A stretch of DNA of 64,000 bases from Eubacteriales bacterium (GTDB taxonomy: Bacteria; Bacillota; Clostridia; Oscillospirales; CAG-272), in NCBI GenBank assembly GCA_045660295.1, contig JAZRDN010000007.1, forward strand, positions 5,438 through 69,437. The letters run 5' to 3'. Of the stretch, positions 1 through 9,132 are shown in pieces. Below the pieces are notes generated by a model. The model was not told where the DNA came from, did no database searches, and worked only from the letters and a program-made list of their open reading frames with translations. The stretch's first letter is position 1, and every line of letters starts with the position of its first letter. The position numbers were made by a program, and so were the translations under genes.

Positions 1-1
1 C

Positions 2-379
2 GCCAAGTGCATACAGAACGAGATACTCATGTATTTTCGCTCTCAAAAAAAGCTCTGCTCCGAAATTTCGATAAACGAGACCATCGACGTTGACCGCGAC
101 GGGAATCCGCTTACATACACCGACATTCTCTGCTCCGAGGAAAACGTCAGCGAGGAGATAGGGCGCAAGGTACAGACCGACAAGCTGATTCAGTTGGTAG
201 AGAATCTCCTTACCGAGCGCGAACGGCAGATAATCGTCATGCGATACGGGCTGTACGGCGTTCCTCCCGTAACTCAGAGAGAAATAGCCTCTATACTGAA
301 AATTTCACGCTCATACGTTAGCAGAATAGAAAAAAGTGCTTTATCAAAGCTATCCGAGGCATTCGACAACAATACATAA
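2..379 (+). CDS. sigK: Sporulation sigma factor K, 3' part (5' end outside window)
   Basis: The frame is open from base 2 (AKCIQNEILMYFR). It contains EISINETIDVDRDGN and region 4 TQREIASILKISRSYVSRIEK, typical of SigK. Confidence 0.9.
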   Translation, partial: AKCIQNEILMYFRSQKKLCSEISINETIDVDRDGNPLTYTDILCSEENVSEEIGRKVQTDKLIQLVENLLTERERQIIVMRYGLYGVPPVTQREIASILKISRSYVSRIEKSALSKLSEAFDNNT

Positions 380-441
380 TATAAAATATATTGTCAAAAT
401 CAAAAGCCACGGCGCCATATCAAAAAAAGCCGTTTTCCCCC

Positions 442-470
442 TTGCAATTTTGAAAGTTTTATGATATAAT
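442..470 (+). promoter_or_regulatory. SigA-type promoter of the glm operon
   Basis: TTGCAA-17 bp-TATAAT with an extended -10 TG. Confidence 0.7.
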
Positions 471-516
471 AATATAAATATATTTAATCGTAATTTAATC
501 ATAAGGAGGTGAAAAC

Positions 517-1182
517 ATGAAAGAACTCTCGGTCGCCGAGCTTTTTGACCTGTCACACACGCTGGCTTCCCCTCTGCTCTCCTCGGTCACGTACCCATGG
601 GAAGCGCTTCCAAAGATAAAGGAATTTATTCTTGAGCTTGGAAAAACGCTCCCAGCGAACGAGTACGACTCCCCCGCGGATGGCATATGGATATCCAAGG
701 ACGCAAGTGTCGCGCCGAGCGCGGTCATAAATCCGCCCTGCATAATCGGAAAGGGTGCGGAGATAAGACATTGTGCTTTTATTCGCGGCTCTGCCCTTGT
801 GGGCGAGGGCGCGGTAGTGGGTAACTCCTGCGAGCTTAAGAACTGTATTCTTTTCGACAAGGTTCAGGTACCCCACTTCAACTATGTAGGCGACTCCATC
901 TTGGGCTTCAAGTCTCACATGGGCGCGGGCTCTATAACGTCAAACGTCAAGAGCGATAAAACGAACGTGGTGATAAGCGCAAACGGCGAAAAGATAACCA
1001 CGGGACTCAAAAAGATCGGCGCTATCTTAGGCGACGAGGTAGAAGTGGGCTGTAACAGTGTTCTCAACCCCGGAACAGTCGTAGGCAAAAACAGCAATAT
1101 CTACCCCCTGTCGAGTGTGCGCGGCTATATTCCGCCCAAGCACATCCTCAAATCCCCCGACTGCATCGTAATCAAAAAATAA
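517..1182 (+). CDS. Hexapeptide-repeat (left-handed beta-helix) acetyltransferase resembling the GlmU C-terminal domain
   Basis: Hexapeptide repeats and the GlmU-like PHFNYVGDSILG motif. No N-terminal uridyltransferase domain. First gene of the glmM-glmS operon. Confidence 0.75.
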   Translation: MKELSVAELFDLSHTLASPLLSSVTYPWEALPKIKEFILELGKTLPANEYDSPADGIWISKDASVAPSAVINPPCIIGKGAEIRHCAFIRGSALVGEGAVVGNSCELKNCILFDKVQVPHFNYVGDSILGFKSHMGAGSITSNVKSDKTNVVISANGEKITTGLKKIGAILGDEVEVGCNSVLNPGTVVGKNSNIYPLSSVRGYIPPKHILKSPDCIVIKK

Positions 1183-1197
1183 CGAAAGGACAAAATT

Positions 1198-2556
1198 ATG
1201 GGAAGACTTTTTGGAACTGACGGAATAAGAGGCATCGCCAACACCGAGCTTGGTTGCGACAAAGCAATGACCATCGGACGAGCCGCCGCTATCGTTCTGT
1301 CAAAGGGTCTTGAAAAAAGACCTACGTTTATCATAGGCTCGGACACCAGAGCGTCCTCCGAAATGCTTGGCGCGGCGGTATCGGCAGGAATCTGCTCGGC
1401 GGGCGCTAATGTCATCATGCTCGGCGTTGTCCCCACCCCCGCGGTAGCCTATCTCGTACAGACCTGCAAAGCAGACGCGGGCGTTATGATCTCGGCATCA
1501 CACAACCCCTTTGAGTACAACGGAATCAAGATCTTCAACGGTGACGGCTTCAAGTTGCCCGACGAGCTTGAGGAAGAAATAGAGGATATTATCCTGGGCG
1601 TTGAGGCGGTAGAAAGCCAGCCCCCCACAGGCGGCGAGATCGGTCGTATTACCTACAAGTACGACGCTGTTTCGACTTACATGGAGCACGTAAAGGCATC
1701 GACCGCGGCAAATTTTGAGGGACTCAACATCGCTATCGACTGCGCGAACGGCTCGTCCTCTGTATCGGCTGAAAAGCTTTTCGTTGAGCTTGGCGCTACG
1801 GTACATATGCTCAGCAACCACCCCAACGGAATCAACATCAACAAGAACTGCGGCTCTACCCACATGGAGCGCCTGCAAAAGTACGTGCTTGACAACAAGC
1901 TCGATTGCGGTCTCGCCTTTGACGGAGACGCCGACAGATTTCTCTGCGTTGACGAAAAGGGCAACATCATCGACGGCGACATGATAATGGCTATCTGCTC
2001 GCTTGATATGAAGAAAAAGGGCAAGCTTGCTCAAAACACGGTAGTCGGAACTATCATGACAAACTTCGGATTTACCAAGTTCTGCGCCGAAAACGGAATT
2101 AATTTCATCGCAACAAAGGTTGGCGACAGATTCGTGCTTGAGGAGATGAATCTTTGCGGCTACGCGCTCGGTGGCGAGCAGTCGGGTCACATCATATTCC
2201 GCGAATACGCGACCACGGGCGACGGTCAGCTCACCGCCGTTCAGCTTCTTTCTATCATGGTTGAGGAGAAAAAGACGCTCTCCGCGCTTGCTTCGGTAAT
2301 GACCAAGGCGCCTCAGACTATGATAAATCTCGAAATTTCGGCAAACGGAAAGCGACTTTTCTATACGGACGCTACTGTCAAAAAGGCGATCGACGACGCC
2401 GCGGCAGAGCTCGGAAGCACGGGAAGGATCGTTGTTCGTCCCTCGGGAACAGAGCCTCTTATCAGAGTTATGGCTGAGGGTGAGAACACCGAAATTATCG
2501 AAAATGTTGCCAAGAAGGTTGCCGATGTCATTACAGTAAGACTTGGCAACAAGTAA
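1198..2556 (+). CDS. glmM: Phosphoglucosamine mutase
   Basis: MGRLFGTDGIRG N-terminus, ISASHNP phosphoserine loop, DGDADR metal loop, GGEQSGH. Confidence 0.97.
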   Translation: MGRLFGTDGIRGIANTELGCDKAMTIGRAAAIVLSKGLEKRPTFIIGSDTRASSEMLGAAVSAGICSAGANVIMLGVVPTPAVAYLVQTCKADAGVMISASHNPFEYNGIKIFNGDGFKLPDELEEEIEDIILGVEAVESQPPTGGEIGRITYKYDAVSTYMEHVKASTAANFEGLNIAIDCANGSSSVSAEKLFVELGATVHMLSNHPNGININKNCGSTHMERLQKYVLDNKLDCGLAFDGDADRFLCVDEKGNIIDGDMIMAICSLDMKKKGKLAQNTVVGTIMTNFGFTKFCAENGINFIATKVGDRFVLEEMNLCGYALGGEQSGHIIFREYATTGDGQLTAVQLLSIMVEEKKTLSALASVMTKAPQTMINLEISANGKRLFYTDATVKKAIDDAAAELGSTGRIVVRPSGTEPLIRVMAEGENTEIIENVAKKVADVITVRLGNK

Positions 2557-2559
2557 TAA

Positions 2560-2697
2560 GATGCGAGCGCCAGACCGTCTTACGGCGGTTAACGAGGTAG
2601 AGGATTTATCGAAATATTCGGCGGATATCCTCTCGGCAGATACAACTGTCGCAGGCTGTTTACAAATATACGGGCAACCGTAAAACAAAAAGACAGT
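2560..2697 (+). ncRNA. glmS ribozyme (GlcN6P-activated riboswitch-ribozyme)
   Basis: AGCGCCAGAC...GTTAACGAGG...TTTATCGAAATATTCGGCGGAT...ACAAA...ACAAAA matches the glmS ribozyme core; it lies directly 5' of glmS. Confidence 0.92.
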
Positions 2698-2725
2698 CAA
2701 ATAATATTTGAGGTAACGATTTAAT

Positions 2726-4558
2726 ATGTGTGGAATCATTGGTTATACAGGAGCAAAAGACACGGTAAAGGTTCTTCTCGACGGGCTTGAAACCCTTGAG
2801 TACCGCGGATACGATTCCGCGGGCATTGCGCTCTACACGGGCTCGGGAATAAGAACCATCAAATCCAAGGGCAAGCTGGCGGTTCTTGCCGAAAAGCTTA
2901 AGAATTTCGGAACTATCAATTCCTCTTGCGGCATCGGTCACACCCGTTGGGCTACTCACGGCGAGCCGTCAGACCGCAACTCGCACCCCCATTTTACCGA
3001 AAATCTCGCTCTCGTTCACAACGGCATTATCGAAAACTACGCCGAGCTTGCGGCGGTGCTTGAGGCAAACGGCTACACCTTTTTGTCCGAGACCGACACC
3101 GAGGTGGCGGCGAAACTTATTGATATGCTCTATATCAAGTACAAAAATCCCCTTAAGGCAATTTTTGAGTCAACCGAAATAATTCGCGGCTCTTACGCCT
3201 TCGGAATTGTGTTCGCGGACATTCCCGACACAATTTATTCCATAAGAAAGGACTCGCCGCTTATCGTGGCAAGGTCCGCAGACGGCGGTATGATCGCTTC
3301 CGACATCCCCGCCATACTGGCTCACACCAAGGAATATTACCGCCTTGACGAGGGCATTGTGGCAAAGATAACGCGCGACGAGGTGCGCTTTTACACAAGC
3401 GATTTCAGCGAGGTCGGGCAGAAGCTCGAAAAGATCGACTGGGACGTTGAACAGGCTCAAAAGGGCGGTTATCCTCACTTCATGATAAAGGAGATACATG
3501 AAGAACCCGAGGCAGTGAGAAAAACCCTCGCGCCAAGAATCAGAAATCGGCTTCCCTTCTTTGAGGTCGAAGCGCTCGACACCGATTTTATCAACCGCTT
3601 TGAGCGTATTCACATAGTTGCCTGCGGCACGGCTATGCACGCGGGACTTGTGGGAAAAACGATAATCGAAAGGCTGGCGCGAGTTCCCGTAATTGTGGAG
3701 ATTGCCAGCGAGTTCAGATACCGCGACCCGATACTCGGCAAAAACGACCTTGTTATCCTGCTTTCACAGTCGGGCGAAACCGCAGACACGCTGGCGGCGC
3801 TCAGGCACGCCAAGGCGTGCGGAGTCTATACGCTTGCCATCGTCAACGTAATGGGCTCGTCGGTAGCCCGCGAGGCAGACAGCGTAATCTACACGTGGGC
3901 TGGTCCCGAAATAGCGGTAGCAAGCACCAAGGCTTACACCGTCCAGTGCGCGCTTCTTTACCTTTTCGCCATAAGACTTGCGATAGCAAAGGACAAAATA
4001 AGCGAAGCCGACGCGGCGGCGCTCTGCGCGGATATGCTTACTGAAATTCCTCGCTCCATTGAAGAAGCGCTTAAGCTCGAGGAGCAGATAATGAACTGCG
4101 CAAAGAGCTTTGTCACCGCGGAGCACCTGTTCTTTATCGGTCGCGGAATTGACTATTCCATAGCCGTAGAGTCCTCTCTGAAGCTCAAGGAGATATCCTA
4201 TATCCACAGTGAGGCATACGCGGCGGGCGAACTGAAGCACGGCACTATCTCTCTGATTGAGGAAGGAACGCCCGTAATCGCTATCACCACAGAGAAAAGG
4301 ATATGCGAAAAGACGGTATCGGGCATCCGAGAGGTCAAGGCGCGCGGTGCCAACGTACTTTCGGTGTGCACCGAGTCGCTTTCAAAGCAGTTCAATATTC
4401 CCTGCAACGAAATGCTGATAGTTCCCGATACCCGTGAGGAGCTTGAGCTTTTCCCCGCGGCGACTATTTTGCAGTTGTTTGCATACTCGGTATCGTATGC
4501 AAAAGGGCTCAACGTTGATAAGCCCAGAAATCTCGCAAAATCGGTAACAGTTGAATAA
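2726..4558 (+). CDS. glmS: Glutamine--fructose-6-phosphate aminotransferase
   Basis: N-terminal MCGIIG, GIGHTRWATHG, SQSGETADT, ELKHG, PRNLAKSVTVE C-terminus. Confidence 0.98.
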   Translation: MCGIIGYTGAKDTVKVLLDGLETLEYRGYDSAGIALYTGSGIRTIKSKGKLAVLAEKLKNFGTINSSCGIGHTRWATHGEPSDRNSHPHFTENLALVHNGIIENYAELAAVLEANGYTFLSETDTEVAAKLIDMLYIKYKNPLKAIFESTEIIRGSYAFGIVFADIPDTIYSIRKDSPLIVARSADGGMIASDIPAILAHTKEYYRLDEGIVAKITRDEVRFYTSDFSEVGQKLEKIDWDVEQAQKGGYPHFMIKEIHEEPEAVRKTLAPRIRNRLPFFEVEALDTDFINRFERIHIVACGTAMHAGLVGKTIIERLARVPVIVEIASEFRYRDPILGKNDLVILLSQSGETADTLAALRHAKACGVYTLAIVNVMGSSVAREADSVIYTWAGPEIAVASTKAYTVQCALLYLFAIRLAIAKDKISEADAAALCADMLTEIPRSIEEALKLEEQIMNCAKSFVTAEHLFFIGRGIDYSIAVESSLKLKEISYIHSEAYAAGELKHGTISLIEEGTPVIAITTEKRICEKTVSGIREVKARGANVLSVCTESLSKQFNIPCNEMLIVPDTREELELFPAATILQLFAYSVSYAKGLNVDKPRNLAKSVTVE

Positions 4559-4561
4559 CTT

Positions 4562-4594
4562 AGGGCGCTGTCTCTTACGAGACAGCGCCTTTTT
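4562..4594 (+). terminator. Intrinsic terminator of glmS
   Basis: GGCGCTGTCTC-TTAC-GAGACAGCGCC hairpin followed by a T run. Confidence 0.85.
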
Positions 4595-4603
4595 CACGCA
4601 CCT

Positions 4604-5059
4604 TGTTCGCACTGCAACCGCGCCAAAAGTTTTGGTCGAGCCTTTTTTAAGGCTTGCGGTACTCTGGGCAGAGCCTTGGCTCGCTCGTCGCAACGAGCGA
4701 AAGCTCTTTTCGGCAAAAAATAATGGGGTTTGCGAAAGCAAATTTATGCCGTTTAGGCATAAAACCATTATTTATGTCGAATAGCGTAGCTATTCGTGTT
4801 TCTTTGGTTCTTTCTTTGCGCCTTTTGTGCCAAAGAAAGAACAACGGGCTTAAAACTAACTTTTACATGTTTGGTGCACAACAATTTTATAGGGCATAAA
4901 CCGTTAATCCGCTTTTCTTTGAAGCCAGAGGCGCAAAGAAAAGCTCACAAAAGAAACGCCGAAGGATTATTTCGCCGCGTGCGCGCGGCGACAAGGGCTA
5001 CGCGCCCTTGACTGTCGGCACCTCGCCGGTGCGGGCTTCCATTGGCTGCAGTGCGAACA
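4604..5059. mobile_element. MITE-like composite element with 16-bp terminal inverted repeats
   Basis: TGTTCGCACTGCAACC (4604-4619) pairs with GGCTGCAGTGCGAACA (5044-5059) at 15/16. Internal segments recur at 42361-42533 and 62110-62301. Confidence 0.7.
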
Positions 5060-5065
5060 CAGCGC

Positions 5066-5097
5066 AAAAAAGCGACGGCTTTCAGCCGTCGCTTTTT
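5066..5097 (-). terminator. Bidirectional intrinsic terminator
   Basis: AAAAAAGCGACGGCT-TTC-AGCCGTCGCTTTTT. Confidence 0.85.
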
Positions 5098-5107
5098 ATA
5101 ACAAATT

Positions 5108-7615
5108 TTATTTCTTAAGTCCCAGCTTCTCGACCGCGTCCTCACGCATCTTATACTTGAGTATCTTGCCTGCCGCGTTCATCGGGAAGGCCTTTACAAA
5201 GTCGATATATCTGGGCACTTTATGACGCGCCATGTGGGAAACGATATAATCCTTCATTTCCTCAACAGTCATATCCTCGCCCTCTTTGAGAATTATACAA
5301 GCCATTATCTCCTCGCCGTAGCGCTCGTCGGGCACGCCGATGACCTGAACGTCACGCACCTTGGGATGAGTATAGATAAATTCCTCTATCTCCTTGGGGT
5401 AAATGTTCTCACCACCGCGGATTATCATATCCTTAAGGCGACCCGTGATACGGTAGTTACCGTTCGAGTCACGGCAAGCGATATCGCCTGTGTGAAGCCA
5501 GCCGTCAGCGTCAATAGCGTCGCGGGTAGCGATGGGCATTTTATAATAACCCTTCATTACGTTATATCCGCGCGCCACGAACTCGCCGTTCTCGCCGTCG
5601 GGAAGCTCCGCGCCGGTTTCGGGGTCAATTATCTTACATTCAACATGCGGGAAAGCGTATCCGACTGTCTCGGTACGATCGTCTATGGGGTCGTCAAGCT
5701 CGCTCATGGTACATCCGGGCGAAGCCTCGGTCTGACCGTAAACGCTGACGATACCGCGCATATTCATCTCGTCGGGCTGTGCCGCGCGCTTCATAAGGTC
5801 AGCGGGGCAGTTAGCGCCAGCCATAATTCCCGTTCTCATATAAGAGAAATCGGTCTTGCGGTAGTCCTCATGGTTGAACATCGCTATAAACATTGTGGGA
5901 ACGCCGTTAAAGGCAGTAATATGCTCGTCATTTACGCAAGCAAGCGCGGATTTGGGTGAGAAATACGGAAGCGGATAGATAGACGCGCCGTGTGTCATTG
6001 AAGCGGTCATGGAAAGCACCATTCCGAAGCAATGGAACATAGGAACCTGTATCATCATGCGGTCGGCGGTGGAAAGATCCATTCTGTCGCCGATACACTT
6101 ACCGTTGTTGACAACGTTATAGTGAGTAAGCATAACGCCCTTGGGGAAGCCTGTCGTACCCGATGTGTACTGCATATTACATACGTCATCAGGCTCAACT
6201 GCCGCCGCGCGGCGATATACTTCTTCAAGCGGAACTCGATGAGCAAGTCCAAGCGATTCCTCCCACGTAAGGCAGCCCTCCTTGCGGAAGCCTACGGTAA
6301 TAACGTTACGCAAGAACGGAAGTCTCTTACAGTGAAGCGGCTCGCCCGCCTTTGTGTCCTTAAGCTCAGGGCAAAGCTCGCTGATAGTGCCGTTATAGTC
6401 CGAGTCTCTCCAGCCGTCAACCATAATAAGAGTATGGGTATCCGACTGACGAAGCAGATATTCAGCCTCGTGGATCTTATAAGCGGTATTCATAGTAACC
6501 AGCACCGCGCCGATCTTTGTGGTCGCCCAAAAGGCAATATACCACTGGGGCACGTTGGTCGCCCAGACAGCTACGTGATGACCGGGCTTTACGCCAAGCG
6601 CGATAAGCGTGCGCGCGAATGTGTCAACGTCGTCTCTGAACTCGGCATAAGTCCTCGTATAATCAAGAGTAGTATACTTAAAGGCTATCTGGTCGGGAAA
6701 TTCCTCGACCACAGCGTCAAGCACCTGCGGGAAGGTAAGGTCAATAAGCGACTCCTTTTTCCAAAGGAACTTACCCGTGTGAGTCTTGTTGCTGTAAAGC
6801 GTTTTCTTGTTCTTTTTGGGGTCGTCGAAGTGGTGCATATAGCTGACGAAATGAGAGAAGATTATCTCTATATCGTCTATATCGTCAAGCCACTTGGAGT
6901 CCCACTCAAGAGACACGAAGCCGTCGTAGTTTACGGCGCGAAGGCTATTCATCATGTCGCTCATGGGAAGCTCACCCTCACCGATAAGGCAATACTTAAG
7001 CTCGCCGTTATCGCGCTTTGAGTCCTTGATATGCACGTGCTTAACGTACGCACCGAGATTTTTTATAGTAATGTCGGGGGCCTCGCTCGCCGAGAAATAC
7101 GTATGATACATATCCCAAAGCGCGCCGAGGTTGTCCGAAGCAAAATGATTAAGCACGTCGCGGAGCTTTTCGGTAGTAGCGAAAAGTCCGACAGTTTCAA
7201 GCAGAATTGTTACTCCTGTCTTTTCGGCGATGGGAAGCATAACGTCAAGACACTTCTCTGTCATTTCCATATCGCCGTCGGTAATACCCGTTCCCGCGTG
7301 AATACGGACGTAGGGTATCTTGAGGTTTCTGGCGGTATTGATGCAATCACCGATCTCCTTGCAGTTCTCGTCAAACGCCGCGGAATCGGCTATATTGCAA
7401 GCCGCGTCAAGACAAGGAATAGACAGACCTCTGTTTATCATATCCCTTACGATAGCAAAAGAATTTGCGGGATCAAAGGGGTTACCGGAGCTGCGAAATT
7501 CCTTGTTTTTTATATTATGAAGCTCTACGCCGGCAAAGCCAAGCTCGGAAGCGATATTGCAGTAATCCTCCCAGCCGTAATTCTGCCAGCCCTTGATGGA
7601 GAATGACAGTTTCAT
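5108..7615 (-). CDS. Fusion of a xylose-isomerase/AP-endonuclease-2 TIM barrel with an AMP-dependent acyl-CoA synthetase
   Basis: N-terminal TIM motifs LLETVG, WDMYH, HVHIKD, SLEW. C-terminal QYTSGTTGFPKG, YGQTE, WLHTGD and GKILK adenylate-forming motifs. Confidence 0.85.
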   Translation of the reverse strand: MKLSFSIKGWQNYGWEDYCNIASELGFAGVELHNIKNKEFRSSGNPFDPANSFAIVRDMINRGLSIPCLDAACNIADSAAFDENCKEIGDCINTARNLKIPYVRIHAGTGITDGDMEMTEKCLDVMLPIAEKTGVTILLETVGLFATTEKLRDVLNHFASDNLGALWDMYHTYFSASEAPDITIKNLGAYVKHVHIKDSKRDNGELKYCLIGEGELPMSDMMNSLRAVNYDGFVSLEWDSKWLDDIDDIEIIFSHFVSYMHHFDDPKKNKKTLYSNKTHTGKFLWKKESLIDLTFPQVLDAVVEEFPDQIAFKYTTLDYTRTYAEFRDDVDTFARTLIALGVKPGHHVAVWATNVPQWYIAFWATTKIGAVLVTMNTAYKIHEAEYLLRQSDTHTLIMVDGWRDSDYNGTISELCPELKDTKAGEPLHCKRLPFLRNVITVGFRKEGCLTWEESLGLAHRVPLEEVYRRAAAVEPDDVCNMQYTSGTTGFPKGVMLTHYNVVNNGKCIGDRMDLSTADRMMIQVPMFHCFGMVLSMTASMTHGASIYPLPYFSPKSALACVNDEHITAFNGVPTMFIAMFNHEDYRKTDFSYMRTGIMAGANCPADLMKRAAQPDEMNMRGIVSVYGQTEASPGCTMSELDDPIDDRTETVGYAFPHVECKIIDPETGAELPDGENGEFVARGYNVMKGYYKMPIATRDAIDADGWLHTGDIACRDSNGNYRITGRLKDMIIRGGENIYPKEIEEFIYTHPKVRDVQVIGVPDERYGEEIMACIILKEGEDMTVEEMKDYIVSHMARHKVPRYIDFVKAFPMNAAGKILKYKMREDAVEKLGLKK

Positions 7616-9024
7616 ATCTGGTTCTCCTCGTACGCGATCTTATTGAGAGCCGCCACGTATGCTCGGATGCTTGCGCCGATAATATCGGTGGAAAGTCCGT
7701 TGCCCGAATAGAGCTTGCCGTTTGAGCGAAGCTTTACAAGCGCCGAGCCCATTGCCTCACGTCCCTCGGTCACAGACTTTATCTGGAAGTCGTCAAGCTC
7801 GTAGTGATGTCCGATTATCTGCTCGATAGCGCGGAATGCCGCGTCGATAGGACCGTCGCCCACGCTGATGCCCTCAGTGATAGCGCCCTTCTTTTCAAGC
7901 TGAATGTGAGCGGTAGCCGTGATAACGTTTCCGCTATTGATAACGTAGCTCTTAAGCACGAATGTGGGGGGAACCTGAAGCGCCGCGCTTGCGACTATGG
8001 CGTCAAGCTCAGCCTCGCCCACGTTCTTCTTTTCCGCCACGCGGCAGAACTCCTCGTAGACCTTTGCGTTGTCCTCCTCGGAAAGCTCGTAGCCAAGCAG
8101 CTTGACTGCCTTGCACACGGTGGGCATATCGTCGTCAGACTTAAGGTTGATAACACCGGCCACGTGAGCAGTGCCCATGCTTGCCGATTTATCTCTTTCC
8201 TTGGGGGCAAGTATCCAGTTGATCTGCGCGGTAAGGCGCTTAAGCTCTGTTATTTTGATGCCGCACTCGATGCCAAGCTCAATTCCGCGAGCCGCGATAA
8301 GCTTTGCAAAAACATCGGTGGAAAGGCAGTTTACAGCAACCGCCGCGAGCTTTATCTCGTCAACGTCGCACTTAACCGCCGCCACGGTATTTGCCGCCAC
8401 CATATCTATGGAATTGGAAAGCTGAACTCCCAGCTTTGCGCCTGCAATCACGGGAGCCGCCGCCTTAACACTTGCGATAAACGCGCTCATCTCCTCAGGA
8501 AGCATTGTTCCCGCATCGTCGCAAATGGTCACAACAGTTGCGCCTGCCTCGACTGCGGCAACCATAGCGGTTGCGAGGAACGGAATCTCGCTTCTTGTAG
8601 CGTCCTCTGCGACAAATTCGGTCTCAACGCCGAAGGATGCCGCTTTCGCAACCAAGCTCTTTATGCTCTCAAGCACCGCCGCGGGCTTTTTGTGGCAAAA
8701 ATACTCCATCTGAACGGGAGAGGTAGGCACTCTGACCTGAAGTCTCGCCTTATCAGCGTCTGCTATTGCCGAATAAGCCACCTCAACCGAAGCCTCGTCA
8801 TTTCCCACGGGCAAAGCGAGCGTGCTGTGCTTAAGGAAAGGAAGGATGGTGCGTGCCAGAAGCACGTCGGTCTTTTCGTTCTCAATGGGAGCAAGCTCGA
8901 TAACGTCAACGTGCATCTTATCAAGATTTCTGGCGATCTCTATCTTTTCCTTAAAAGACAGAGGCGCCTCTGCTCCCGTGCGGTTTATTCTCAGCGTTGT
9001 ATCGGAAATATATATCTTTTTCAT
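7612..9024 (-). CDS. 2-isopropylmalate-synthase-like protein with degenerate catalytic motifs and an intact C-terminal regulatory domain
   Basis: DTTLR is followed by INRTG instead of DGxQ. HxH is replaced (GVQLSNS). The C-terminal LeuA allosteric domain (GDGPIDAAF, EGREAMG) is present. Confidence 0.8.
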   Translation of the reverse strand: MKKIYISDTTLRINRTGAEAPLSFKEKIEIARNLDKMHVDVIELAPIENEKTDVLLARTILPFLKHSTLALPVGNDEASVEVAYSAIADADKARLQVRVPTSPVQMEYFCHKKPAAVLESIKSLVAKAASFGVETEFVAEDATRSEIPFLATAMVAAVEAGATVVTICDDAGTMLPEEMSAFIASVKAAAPVIAGAKLGVQLSNSIDMVAANTVAAVKCDVDEIKLAAVAVNCLSTDVFAKLIAARGIELGIECGIKITELKRLTAQINWILAPKERDKSASMGTAHVAGVINLKSDDDMPTVCKAVKLLGYELSEEDNAKVYEEFCRVAEKKNVGEAELDAIVASAALQVPPTFVLKSYVINSGNVITATAHIQLEKKGAITEGISVGDGPIDAAFRAIEQIIGHHYELDDFQIKSVTEGREAMGSALVKLRSNGKLYSGNGLSTDIIGASIRAYVAALNKIAYEENQI

Positions 9025-9132
9025 TGTTTAAGTTCACCTTTCATGGAATTTTTGTGTGCGTTTTTTATGCACAAATTATACATTAATCGCCCACAAAGAC
9101 TATCCCTCGGGCGTAAAAGTAAAATTCTTTGA

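Noticed and set aside
2-379. skin-like interruption of sigK
   Set aside because: The visible 3' part is continuous and there is no recombinase nearby; the 5' part lies outside the window.
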